Positions 1-11,697 of a stretch of 64,000 nt of DNA are shown piece by piece. Below the pieces are notes generated by a model that ran no database searches, was not told where the DNA came from, and saw only the letters and a list, made by a program, of their open reading frames with translations. The stretch comes from Trichosphaerium sp. ATCC 40318. Taxonomy: Eukaryota; Protista; Tubulinea. How positions within the stretch are numbered: position 1 is the stretch's first letter; the number at the start of each line of letters is the position of its first letter. The translations under genes were made by a program, and so were the position numbers. The stretch spans positions 248,001 through 312,000 of the forward strand of contig JALMLS010000093.1 of assembly GCA_038496445.1 (NCBI GenBank), written 5' to 3'.

Positions 1-402
1 CTTGGCCCTTTTGAGGCTGCATTGAACCTACTGTTAACAGGATTAAAAGTATATGTTAACAAAGTTGTTCTTGATAAAGGAATTCCACTTCCAATAATTA
101 AAGGTACGAATTTCATCATTTATTTTTACACGAAAATTGCTTCATCAAGTGCTAATGTACTGGACTCTAAACTACATAAAAAATAGTCTAGCACATTACA
201 CTTTCGTTGTAGTAATTGCTTGGCATTTACTGCGCTTGGCTATGTTATAACTGTTCTAAAATCGTTTTTTTTAGGTGTTACATTTGTGAATCCACAAATT
301 TCTCTGGCAAATAAATACATTGCTGTAGACACAGATATTAACTATACACCATCATTGGATATACATAGAAATGTGAATACATCATCAGTAGATATTGTTT
401 AA
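1..402 (+). CDS. 3' end of BPI/LBP (lipid-binding TULIP) family protein, partial
   Basis: Exons 1-103 and 275-402 (GT-AG intron) give LGPFEAALNLLLTGLKVYVNKVVLDKGIPLPIIKG|VTFVNPQISLANKYIAVDTDINY..., resembling the BPI/LBP C-terminal 'GIPLP...F.N..I....YI.V.TD' signature; AATAAA follows the stop. Confidence 0.65.
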
Positions 403-1640
403 GGGAGAAACAATTAATAAAACAAATCAAAGAATCAACGACTTTATTTTTTTATACTTTGTTATACGAATAACAGTTAATAGTATTTAAGGTTACAGTT
501 GTACTATTCTTGATTGCAACACAAAATCTGTAATTTACATCTTTTAGTGGCACATGGAAAGGATTTTGTTGTCCTGTCGTTGAAATTGAAAGCGTACTTT
601 TGGTCATATCCAAAGTAGCCGACATGATTTCTATCAGAAAAAAAAGGCATCAATACACCATTAGTTTTTATAAATACTTACGTGTTGCCGGAAAGGGTCA
701 AGTCACCCTCAACTCTCCAAGTTGGCATATGCTCAACGCCAAAGCCAGTGGTTTGTACTCCGAACTTGAATTCAGTTCCAGGTAAATAAAGTTAGTGAAA
801 ATTTAGCCGGATATTGGTTTTGTCTTGCCTGATTTCTATACGATGAAAAGTATTTTAAAAAGAAGCCGTCGAATTGTACGTATGTAAAATGAGACTTTCA
901 TGATATTACACATGTTCATGGTCAAGTGAAAGAATTGTTCTAGATGGTACAATAAAGTGCTTTGTTGTGTAATTGCTTGCTTTACTGCGCTGGCTATGTT
1001 ATAACTGTTCTAAAATCGTTTTTTTTAGTGTTACATTTGTGAATCCACAAATTTCTCTAGCAAATAAATACATTGCTGTAGACAAGATATTAACTATACA
1101 CCATCATTGGATATACATAGAAATGGGAATACATCATCAGTAGATATTGTTTAAGGAAGGAACAATTAATAAAACAAATCAAAGAATCGACTTTATTTTT
1201 TGATACGAATAACAGTTAATAGTATTTAAGGTTACAGTTGTACTATTCTTGATTGCAACACAAAATCTGTAATTTACATCTTTTAGTGACATGGAAAGGA
1301 TTTTAGGTGTTGAAATTGAAACGTTGGTCATATCCAAGTAGCCAAAATGATTTGTAGAAAAAAAAGGGAATCAATACACCATTATTTTTAATACTTACGT
1401 GTTGGCCGGAATACAAGTCACCCTCAACTTCATTATATGCTCAACGCCAAAGCCAGTGGCTTGTACTCCGAACTTGAAAGGTTTGGCAGCTGCGCATAAA
1501 GTTAAAATTGCCGGATATTGCGCTTGTGAGAAAAAGAAGCCGTCGATTTGTACGTATGTAAAATGAGACTTGTCATGATAACGACTTACACATGTGTCAT
1601 GGTCAGAGAAAGAAAGAATTGTTCGAGATGGTGCAATATA
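206..1640. repeat. Imperfect tandem duplication of ~0.7 kb (copy 1 ~206-950, copy 2 ~962-1640)
   Basis: Both copies carry the same blocks (ttgtgaatccacaaatttctct; ggttacagttgtactattcttgattgcaacacaaaatctg; ttgtacgtatgtaaaatgagact) and differ by many small indels. Confidence 0.9.
452..950 (-). pseudogene. 3' part of a possible SPRY/B30.2-like gene, disrupted upstream and duplicated at ~1200-1630
   Basis: Last exon (630-452) reads IMSATLDMTKSTLSISTTGQQNPFHVPLKDVNYRFCVAIKNSTTVTL..*, preceded by a GTAAGT..ATAG intron. 'LDM..TLS...YRFCV.I...VTL' resembles a SPRY C-terminus. The upstream frame cannot be recovered. Confidence 0.35.
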
Positions 1641-2292
1641 CTTATAGCTCTTTACGAAGTCTCTGTGCGTAGTGGTATGCCGCAGTGGTGTTATTTTTTT
1701 GTGTTTGATTATTTTTGGTCTAGTTTGGGAAAACGCTGCCTAACTGTTACGAGACGCGTTTAATAATACTAACACGCGAATAAGGAATCTTATTGGTTTC
1801 TTTCCAGTGATTCTTACCGCTAAAACAAGTAGATTCTCCAAAAGCTCTAGTTTTGACAACCTAAAGCTTGGACAGAAGCCTGACTTGATTGTAACGTGTT
1901 CCCACTATGAATAAGCATTCAGTCCTGTGGCTTAGTGTCGATGAACGGATGCACGTGATAAGTTCCGCTTAAAAAGTAGGGTTGTAGAGCAAATTGAGTG
2001 CGTGAATCGGTGGATTGGCGGAACGTTGTTCGAAATTGTCAATAACTGTTCGAAAAAAATTCGAACAATTTATTCGGTTCCTTTTTGTTTATGGTAAAGT
2101 ACCCATTTCGCTGTTTTTCATTCTATTCCACATTCTCAATATCTTGCGTAGTTACTTGGCTTCGAGTTCGTACCTTAGCGACCTTTCAGGTGGCGTGAAA
2201 TGAATTATTTTCAGTGATTGACCCATACGGTCTATGACTTAACTTGTTCACTGTTCGAAACTAAGATTTATTTCATAATTAACCCTACAACA

Positions 2293-2760
2293 ATGACCAC
2301 ACTTTCATCAACCATTCGCAGAAACGCTTATTCATCCTACACTAAAGAGTTTAAAAAGCCAGTGCGCGTTACGAGGAGAAAACCAATAAACCATTTATCA
2401 AAGAACAAAGCACAAATGTTAGTAGAGGACGTACAAGCACAGTCTCATTGTAGGACATGGACAACATCAACGCCAAAACAATGGTTCCACAGTCTACGAA
2501 GGAACTGTCAACGGCCACCTCATAAGCGTTCAGATGCTTTTAATAGAGACAGAAAACAGCTAAATCAGCTTACATTATCAACACATCGCATAAAATCTTT
2601 TGACAGTCAAACACCACAGAAACAAAGAATGTCAACCAGAACAACAAGAGAACCAGCTCCAAAACTTCATTTCCCGGATCATTTTGATGTGCTTCTTACA
2701 GATAGTTTATCTAGTTTACCCATTATAACCACTGCTTGGGGTGTACACAACGTGGTGTAA
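2293..2760 (+). CDS. Hypothetical basic single-exon protein (155 aa)
   Basis: Open frame from caATG at 2293; AATAAA immediately after the stop; no recognisable domain. Confidence 0.5.
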   Translation: MTTLSSTIRRNAYSSYTKEFKKPVRVTRRKPINHLSKNKAQMLVEDVQAQSHCRTWTTSTPKQWFHSLRRNCQRPPHKRSDAFNRDRKQLNQLTLSTHRIKSFDSQTPQKQRMSTRTTREPAPKLHFPDHFDVLLTDSLSSLPIITTAWGVHNVV

Positions 2761-3033
2761 AATAAATAAAAAACTTGTACATACTTTAGTTTCAGCAATT
2801 TCCATTCCTTATCGAAACATACCACCTCGTCCCTGCTAAGAACCCATTCATAACTGTGACAGTGCTAGTTTATTATTTATCAGCGCATTGCAAGTGTTGA
2901 TAGAGTAAAACATTCATGAATAAAGGCAGAGACCTTCTGCGACCGCTAGTTTTTCACGTGATTAGCAGAAGCCGTTGTAGCAAGCCACCGTATTTTGTGT
3001 TGCATAAAAGCGATACATGAGTTGTTTTTGTCC

Positions 3034-3796
3034 ATGGCGAAGCAAGAAAATGTTAAACGCGAAGATGATGATTCAAACTACTCTAAAATGATTGGCGTAT
3101 ACATTAACGGCAATTTTTACGATAACGAGTTGGTACCAACCTCGTTTCAACGTTTTTTTTGTTTTTCTGTCATATCTGACTATGAGAGCACCTAAGGAGC
3201 TCGTTTCTTTTAATTCTGCTGCAGCTCTACGGAAGAAATGTAAAGAAATGAAATTGTTTGTTTCAGGCAACAAGGAGACATTAGCAAAGGTACTCACGCG
3301 TTGGTACTCATTTTCTAAGCGTTTAAAGAGAATTTTGGATCACGCAGTTGAAACTGGCACAAACAGTACGTTAGAGGTACTTACGTATTATTTAACGCGT
3401 TATAAGCACATTTACGGGGCGCTTATCAGCCAGCCTCAAAAATAAGCCCTCGTTTATCAAATTTAATGTCAAAATTTGTTTCAGAGATAACTACCCAAAA
3501 ACAACCCAGTAGCGGTTCACAATGCAATGTCGACGAAGATACGATACACAGTACGCTATTTCGTTCCCAGAAATGATCTTACTGCTCCTAGAGCGCAGTA
3601 ATTGAGCCAATTTGTTGTTAAAATACTTATTTTATGACGTACTTTGCTAGGCGAGCTACATGATAAGGCTTCCTCAGTGAGCAATGAAGTTGTGCAAACA
3701 CATTCGAAGGACACAACAAAAAGGTCACGTGACGAAAACTCGACAACATTGCCAGAACCGAAGCGTCCTAAAAAAACACAAAAATTACCAAAATAA
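3034..3796 (+). CDS. SAP-domain protein (4 exons)
   Basis: Spliced model contains AAALRKKCKEMKLFVSGNKETLAKVL (SAP consensus L+..C+..L..SG.K..L) and a basic NLS-like tail (PKRPKK). Confidence 0.65.
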
Positions 3797-4040
3797 ACAA
3801 CTAGATACAAGTTTCCTTGGTAGACAAAGAACAGGTTGGTATGAAAAGTTGTGCTCTTGTCATGCAAATAACGTGAGTACTATATCTCGTTGTTTAATGT
3901 AGTGACTGCAGTCATTATTCTCCTAAAGATTTAAGCGTCACGAGCATTACCGTAAAAAAGTGACATAATATTTTATCTCTGAAAAAAACAATTTGACGCT
4001 AAAATTAAACTTAACCAAATCGTGAAGCCTAAAGCACCTC

Positions 4041-4742
4041 ATGGGCGGAGTTACATCAAGGGAAGAGCGTATGCTCATCTTAGGTGCAGTAAAACGCGTG
4101 TTGTGCCTCTAAGAGTATCTAGGACTTGCTGGAGCTGGAAAAACAAGACTAGCCCAAGGAATGGTCTTGGGGAATCAATTTAATGACGTACAGTGTTTAT
4201 CTAAGAATAAATAACGTTAAACGACTTCACGCAATCTAACTGTCTCAAGGCTATTGGTGTAATACCTACAATAGCTATGGGTGCTGTCTCGTTTAAATAC
4301 AAGAATATAAACTACACTTTGTGGTACGAGACACGAAAACACTGTTTTACTTGGTCAAATCCATCAACAAAGCTATAACTGACATGTATGTAGGGACATG
4401 AAAGACACAGAGGAAGTGAGACCGCTGTGGAGGCACTACTACCAAAATGCGACTGTTGTTGTTTTTGTTGTTGATTCAACAAACAAAGAAACATTAGAAG
4501 AAGCTGGAATGATACTAAATAAACTCGTAAGAGAGGAGGAGCTAAAAGATTGTCCATTTCTGATTATGGCTAATAAACAAGACACTGACAACTCAATGTC
4601 TGCTGATCAAGTCCGTGATGGGCTTGGAATCTCAGAAGCACCCATAAAGAACTGGCATATTGAAGGTACAAGTGCAGTCACTGGTGAAGGTGTAGTTGCT
4701 GGATTGGATTGGTTGTCAGACGTTGTCAATAGTAAACAATAA
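4041..4742 (+). CDS. Arf/Arl-family small GTPase with degenerate G3 motif (4 exons)
   Basis: MGGVTS (myristoylation-type N-terminus), GLAGAGKT (G1), IPTI (G2), WDMKDTEEVRPLWRHYYQN, VFVVDS, NKQD (G4), TSAVTGEGV..GLDWL (G5). Confidence 0.9.
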
Positions 4743-4905
4743 ACATATTTATAGCATTGATGTACTCCAAGTACTTTGTTAGGCTAAAGGTGGTGACTTG
4801 GAATCGTTGGTATGTTGCAATTTGTTTTTTGAAAAGTGTTGAATATTTGCATGTACATTAAGTTCACAAACTCAGTTGTTTACACCTTCTCGTAGGAAAA
4901 CAGCA

Positions 4906-7034
4906 ATGAAGTTTCTGTTATTTGCTTTATTAGCCTTTTGTGGTATTGTTCAAGCAGCATACGAGCCAAATTGGAAGAGTTTAGGTAAGATAAGCGTAAT
5001 CACGTGATTTTTCCTTTTTTTAGCTAAAAAGGGTACTTCTTAGATTCTCGTCCGATTCCAGAGTGGTATGATCAAGCCAAGTTTGGTATTGTCACTTTTG
5101 AACAATAATTCAAGTTTTTGAAAGAAGCTCATCTAACTTTTCCGGTTTAGGTTTATTCATCCATTGGGGCGTGTACAGGTGCTTGTTTACAGTTCCTTTA
5201 CGCTTCTATTTACTGTTTTAGTGTACCAGCATGGGCCGAAGTGGGTTTGAACTATGAAACCCCTCAGCAACTAGGAGAATGGTATCAGTACAACATGAGG
5301 CAACCAAACACGCCAGGTTTGAATACAGCGTCAGAAAAAGAGTTAGAAGTATCTGATTGTGATATTAGTGTACAACTTTCACAAGGCGACCTATGGAAGC
5401 GCTTCATATACTGACTTTGCTCCTGACTTCAAGCCTACGTTGTGGGATCCAGATAGGTAAACATTGTTCGTTAAGGGCAAACAATCTGTGTTTTTTTACA
5501 ACTTGTTTTCAAGGTGGGCCGACATTTTCGAAAAAGCAGGAGCTAAGTACATTGTTTTGACTTCTAAGCACTGTGACGGATATGCCCTATGGCCTTCGAA
5601 GCAGAAACAACACTGGAACGCTGGAGATGTTGGACCAGGTAACTTTTTTGTTGGAAACAATTGTCACCTGTTTCAACTAAAATAATCAGAAACTTCTTTT
5701 TTTTCAAAAGTGGGAACAAAATGTAAATCACAGACCTGACAATTGTTTTAGAACGAGATCTTGTTGGTCCTTTGCTCGATTCTGTCAAGAAAAGAGGTAT
5801 TCATACAGGTCTATATTACTGCAACTTTGAGTGGTACAACGATAAACTGATGAGCTCTACTCCGCACGACTACATCACTGAGGTAATCGCAAATCTCCTA
5901 CCCACTTTAACAACCTTTGTTAGACATGGATACCGATGTACAAGGATTTGATTAACACTTATAAACCGGAAGTTGTTTGGGGAGATTACGCTATTAATTA
6001 TCCTTCCTCTTGGTGGAACAGCACTGAATTGTTGGCTTGGATATATAATGAATCACCTATCAAAGACTATGTAGTAGTCGATGATAGATGGGGAAATGAC
6101 ACACGTGGCGTACACGGCGGGTTTTCAACAGTTGAGGTACACGACTTACAAACAACAACAAAATATGTTAATTAACTTTTTCTTAGTACGGGCATGGCAC
6201 TCCCTACCTCACAAAGAAATGGGAATTTAATAGGTGCGATTAAATTAATAAGACCTTGTTCTTTATTAATATCCTCAATAGAGGCATTGGATATTCGTTC
6301 GGCTACAACAGACAAGAAAATGTGCGGATTTAAAAAATCATGTTAAACACAGTTTTTTTTGTTTAACTATGTCTCAGGTCACTATCTACTCTACGGCTGA
6401 AGAACTCATTCAACTCCTTGTTGATACAGGTTTGTTATTCAAGTATTTGCTACCTGCATAACTTACTTTTGATAGTTGCTCACAATGGCAATCTGTTGTT
6501 GGATGTTGGTACTTGTTTTTGTATTTTAGTTGTTGCTTGGTATTAATGCTGCCGATTTCTAGGTCCTACAGCTGATGGAAGGATTGATAATGTTCAAGCG
6601 GAGCGTATATTACAGATAGGAACTTGGTTATCCGTCAATGGAGAAGGTATCTACAATACGAAACCATGGACAGTACAAAAAGAACCAAAAAGTAATATTT
6701 GGTACACTCAAAATAAATCCCTCTCAAGTGTGTACGCATTCATACAGGAATGGCCAGCAGGTGTGTGACATTGCTTACTACTATGAATTCGAGTGGTTCA
6801 TACTTACACTAGTGTAGGTGGTAAGGTAACACTCGAGAGCTTCAAAGAAAAACCAGCCAAAGTTATTTTATTCGGCCACACTGATAGTTTGAGTTTTACA
6901 GTAACAACTTCAGGTTCGTTTTAGTTTTTGTGTTAGGTTATTTCTAAACATACACAGGACTTGAAATATCGTTACCACCATTTTCACCAAGTCTGATGTC
7001 AGAAATGTGGGCATTTAAGATTGTAATGGCTTAG
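4906..7034 (+). CDS. FUCA: Alpha-L-fucosidase, GH29 (secreted/lysosomal)
   Basis: Signal peptide [11 protein letters not shown]; [33 protein letters not shown]; [15 protein letters not shown]; YKPEVVWGD (nucleophile Asp); DDRWG; [13 protein letters not shown]; [14 protein letters not shown]. Confidence 0.95.
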
Positions 7035-7109
7035 AAATAAATTTCAACAAAGTGCCTTACGCAAAGTATTTATTTTACATTTCAAATGATGATAAAAATG
7101 AGAATTTAA

Positions 7110-7460
7110 CTTCTACTTCTGAAACTTTTCTGTTGCCCAGTGATTCTCGTTAAAACAAGAACTGATATCCAGTTCGTTAATAGCTTCTTTGGTGATCTGA
7201 GTATCGCCATAGACTTCAATATGTTGTAGAGATTTTAAGTATTTCAAACAATCATTTGAAACTTTGCATTGTTGATTGCCTTTAAACCTTCAACAGTTAT
7301 ATTCATATTATAAGAAAGGTGTATTGTGTGAACATCTTTGAGAGCGTTTAATCAAAGATCTGTTACTTGTGTATGGGCCAAGTCAATGCTGTGACTTTTT
7401 AAGGATACCTTCATCAGTAACTGCTGAGCGTGCTAGGTTTATAGTACGACAGTTTGTCTT
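7110..7460 (-). pseudogene. Frameshifted leucine-rich-repeat gene remnant, same LRR type as 31308-32933
   Basis: Fragments across frames: CRTINLARSAVTDEGIL / HSIDLAHTQVTD / ALKDVHTIHLSYNMNITVEGLKAI / VSNDCLKYLKSLQHIEV; no start codon; several indels. Confidence 0.6.
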
Positions 7461-7605
7461 ATATACCTTAAACTGAAGAACAACTGATTTTTAGGTACAC
7501 GTGTGGAGTCTTTTTTTTTTCGCAAAGTCAACAAATCTCCACTTTTGCCGTCTGACTTAATTTTGCAGTTAAGCGTTGAGAAATTTTTACCATTCGTACC
7601 TCGTA

Positions 7606-9740
7606 ATGTCCTTTGAGTATCCTTCTGATATTCTCATACACGCCGCGAGAACTTGGCCAAACCAGATAGTGCAATGTGGTGAGCCAATAAAGTTACCTGA
7701 GCAAGTTTTTAAAGCTAGACTCTAGGAGATGAATCTTTGGAATATAAGAAGCTTCTGGATCAATCTAAACTTGTAGCAGGAGCTTTACAGCAACGAGGAA
7801 TTAAACGCGGAGGTTTACTGCTTTCATTCACAGCAGACGCTTTCTCTAACTTGTTATGGGCGTTTGCGGCCAATTTTCTTGGTTGTAAAATATTGGATTG
7901 TGAGATGTTCGAAAAAGCACGTGATTGATTACTAAACGGGTTTTTTTAGTGCGACTTAAACCTCGTCAGGCTGTCATAGCTATTTGCAACGCTCATAATT
8001 TAGAGGTCAAGGCAATACTCACTAGACCCGGAGAGTTATTTGAAAGTCTTGACTGTGAGAATGTGTTCCTTGCATTAAAGTCGCAAGGTTTCGGTGAAAA
8101 CATCAAAATACTTAAAACTGAAAACATTTTATTAGGTTCTATCCCGAGTCTAGAACACTTGATAGATGAAGATGTTAAGTTCGCAGAAGTAAAAAGAGAT
8201 GTTAAAGATGCGTGCATAATGTGCTGTACTTCTGGAACAACAGGGAACCCAAAAATTGTGGTGCACTCTAATTTTGCTATCTGCGGAATAATCAAAGCAA
8301 CTCAGACTAAAACGTACTTAGTATCCTCTCATAAAGGTATACCTGTCTTTACATCTTCATTATCAATCCAACCTTTAATTAACTAGATACTGAACTTATG
8401 GTGATTCCAATGATGGCTACTGTAACCTATGTTACAGTATTAAAGTGCTTGAACCGTGGAGTTAAACTTGTTTATGCAAAAAATGCAATGGATGTACGCT
8501 TTTGAGACTTCCTATACCTGTACTTCGAATTGACAAATATTCATTTCTTTTAGTACAAATCAGCATTGCCTCTTATTGAGAAGCATAAAGTGACAACGTA
8601 AGAATCTCTGTTAGTGTATTTTTTTTCGCAATTTTTTTTTAAACAGAGCTCTACCCCTAGCATGATTGCTTGGTCTCAGATTATACTGTCGTTTATTGGA
8701 AATGATCAAATAGATTTCTCAAGTTTAAAAAAAGTTGCCATTGCTGGTATGAAAGTACCACGAACAACCATGGCAAAGGTACACTTTTTTTTTTTCAAGT
8801 TAATTTGATTTTAAGTGTTTTGTTCAGATTCTGAAGAAGCACCCAAGTATTCAGTTTTCTATTGGTTATGGATCATCAGAGGGAATGTCATTTGCATGGA
8901 GCAATGTTACCACTGGATTAGAAGAAGGTCTTGTTCCCTTTGATTTTGTCAGTATCCAAATCCGTGATTCGAATGGCGAAGTATTAAAAGACAGTGGTAA
9001 AAGACAATCTTGCTTGTATTGCTTTTTCTGACTGTTTCTTAGATTCTGGTCATATATGGATTAAGACTCCTTTTGTTGCTTCTGAGATTATAGGAGCCAC
9101 AAAGGAGTTCTTGAAAGATGGCTGGTGAGTCTTTTGAGGCGTCTATCTTACTTGTTGATATCAACTGATTGTACAACAAACAGGTTAGATACTAGCGACT
9201 ATGGGTATCTCAGTGAGGGTAAGGTGTATTTACAAGGTAGATCTGATGTACGTAAACTTTTTTTTGTTGAGATACAATTGAAAGAGTTAACCACAAGAGC
9301 TAAAACCGGTTCGTTTATTTTAGGATCTGATAATATCTCAAAATGGAAAGAAGTTTGGTGCAAATACTATTGAAGACAAGATGCTGCAACTCAAAGGCAT
9401 ATCAAAAACAGTAGTATTTGGTGTACCCGCTACAGAGGCAAGTTTGAAAATCAACGTCAACCATCGCAAAGTTTGTTCTGAAGTTGTTAATCTCTTTGCA
9501 TAGCTCGGAGACTTTGTGTGCGTTGTATATGAGCCTGAGGCTGGTGTTACTGTTTCACCAGAACAAGTGAGAACTCACTATAAAGAACACTTTGAAAACC
9601 TTGGGGTAGCTCCTGTGGAGTACTTTCTTAGCGTACAGAAAATCCAATCTACAGATAGAGGAAAGATATCGAAGAAGCAAATAAGGGAGTCTATTAAACA
9701 ACGTTTAAACCTCTCTCAACAGCAACTAAGCAGGTGGTAA
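7606..9740 (+). CDS. AMP-dependent acyl-CoA synthetase/ligase (ANL superfamily, 4CL/luciferase-like)
   Basis: AMP-binding motif CCTSGTTGNPKIV, GYGSSEG, GWLDTSDYG...YLQGRSDD.I, terminal GKI lysine; about 10 introns, including a GC-AG intron at 9438-9503. Confidence 0.9.
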
Positions 9741-10029
9741 TTACGGACATAGCTAAGCAAGGAACATGCTGGTCATATGGAGCAAGTGTCATGTTTTACT
9801 CTACTTGATTTCCACATTTGTATTTTCAAGTAATTAAGAAAGTTCTTTACAATTTCCTTATGTCACGTGACATACGAAAAAACCGTTGTATTCGAGTTCG
9901 TTACTAAGTGTTGCTTCTTTATTCTTCGTTGGGAAAGCTAAAGTATAGAGTGAGGACAGTGTTGGCAACAACGAATTCACCCATCTTAAGTTTCGTTAGA
10001 AGTTTCCATTTAACATTAGTTCGCACAAG

Positions 10030-11537
10030 ATGGCACAATCTGTACTTGTAACAGGCGTTTCTGGTTATATTGGTGGTCATGTAGCCAGGATTCTACTAGA
10101 AAAAGGGTACACTAACGTAAAATACTACAAAAACCAACGTAAATAATAGATACAACGTTCGTGGAACTGTTAGAGACAAAAGTAACGCAACAAAAGTTAA
10201 CCACCTTTTGAAACTTTTCCCAAAGCTAGAAGTACGTCTTAAAACCCTACCGAATAGTGTCAATACATAATAATCTAACGTATCCAAGCTTTTTGAGGCC
10301 GATCTTTTAAAGGATGGCACGTTTGATGATGCTTGTAAAGGGTAACCACTAAAACATCATTTTCAGCCTATAAAACGGCGAAATACAGCGTCCGTTTATT
10401 TTCTAACCTTATACTCAGCTGCGTTTACGTGTTTCACATTGCATCGCCTTTCCAACGCGTTAAAGATGACCCACAAAAAGAGCTTGTCGACCCAGCGTTA
10501 AAAGGTACAAAGTTTTGCGGAGAAATTTTTACTCCGCAACAAAGAAACGGTCAACTGACGACTTCCTCAGGCACCCTCAACGTATTGAATGCATGTCAAA
10601 AAGCTGGTACAGTAAAGCGCATTGTATTGACATCTTCATGCGCTGCTGTAGCTCGCAGTGACAAGCCAGAGGTAGCGTCAAACACTTTTCTTTTTTTTTC
10701 AAAAAACCCTTTTTTGTTGCACTTTCAACTCACGCTAGCTCTTAGGAATATGTATTTTCTGAGGCTGACTGGAATGATGGAAGTAGTGTAACTAGAGAGT
10801 CTTACAGATACAGTAAATATGTAGCAGAACAAGCTGCATGGAAGTTTGCAAAAGACAAAGAGGTGAAGACAATAATTTTTTTTTTTTTCAAAACTGTTCA
10901 CATGCTGATTTTGTTGCACTAGTTCGAGTTAATCACCATTTGCCCTTCCTTTGTTCTTGGACCTCCTCTGTCATCACGTGTTGATAGTTTATCTGTTAGT
11001 TGTTGTAAGGGATTCTTGGACGGTTCTTTCCTCAAGGACGGAACACTACCAAACTGCTTTGGTTGTGTTGATGTTCGTGATGTGGCTTTGGCTCATGTTC
11101 TCGCTGCTGAGAACCCTAAAGCATCTGGCCGATACATTTGTGGCTCTAGTGAAGGCATTTCACACTGGGAGTTATCTAGACACCTTGTAGAAAAATTTTC
11201 TGCTTACGGTTTGCCAACAAAGCAACAACCTTTCAAAAAACGTGCCAAGGTTCGCTTTTGAAAAAAACTTTGAAAAAAAATACAAAAGCTCACTTATTTC
11301 TAGTACAATAACGCCAAAGTACAAAAAGAACTTGGAATCAAGCTCACACCTATATCTAAATCAATGGTATGACTTTTTACTCAAAAAGAGAAAAAATCAA
11401 TGGTGTAGTATCACCAAAGTTAAAAAACAATTTTTTAGTTCCAATAGTTGATTTTTTCACGTGAAATTTTTTTAACATGTATTTAGGTTGACATGGCGAC
11501 GACATTGATAGAATTTGGTGTAGTTGCAAAAAAGTAG
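10030..11537 (+). CDS. NAD(P)-dependent reductase, cinnamoyl-CoA reductase/dihydroflavonol reductase-like extended SDR
   Basis: VLVTGVSGYIGGHV...GYNVRGTVRD, VFHIASP, LVDPALKGTLNVL, TSSCAAV, YRYSK (YxxxK), VDVRDVALAHVLA.E...SGRYI. Confidence 0.92.
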
Positions 11538-11697
11538 ATGACTAGTTTCAAATATTAATAAAACGCTCAAACATATTTGCGACAAACGTCAGTAAAGAGC
11601 TCTTAAAACAAATTAGTTTAAGTCAGTCATGTTTAAGTTTTGAAAGTAAATTTCATATATTTGAGAAGTATTTACACATAACAGTTCGAAAATCCCC

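Noticed and set aside
1921-2070. tRNA/Pol III-like A box (TGGCTTAGTG) and GTTCGAAA repeats
   Set aside because: No cloverleaf; spacing and stems do not fit a tRNA.
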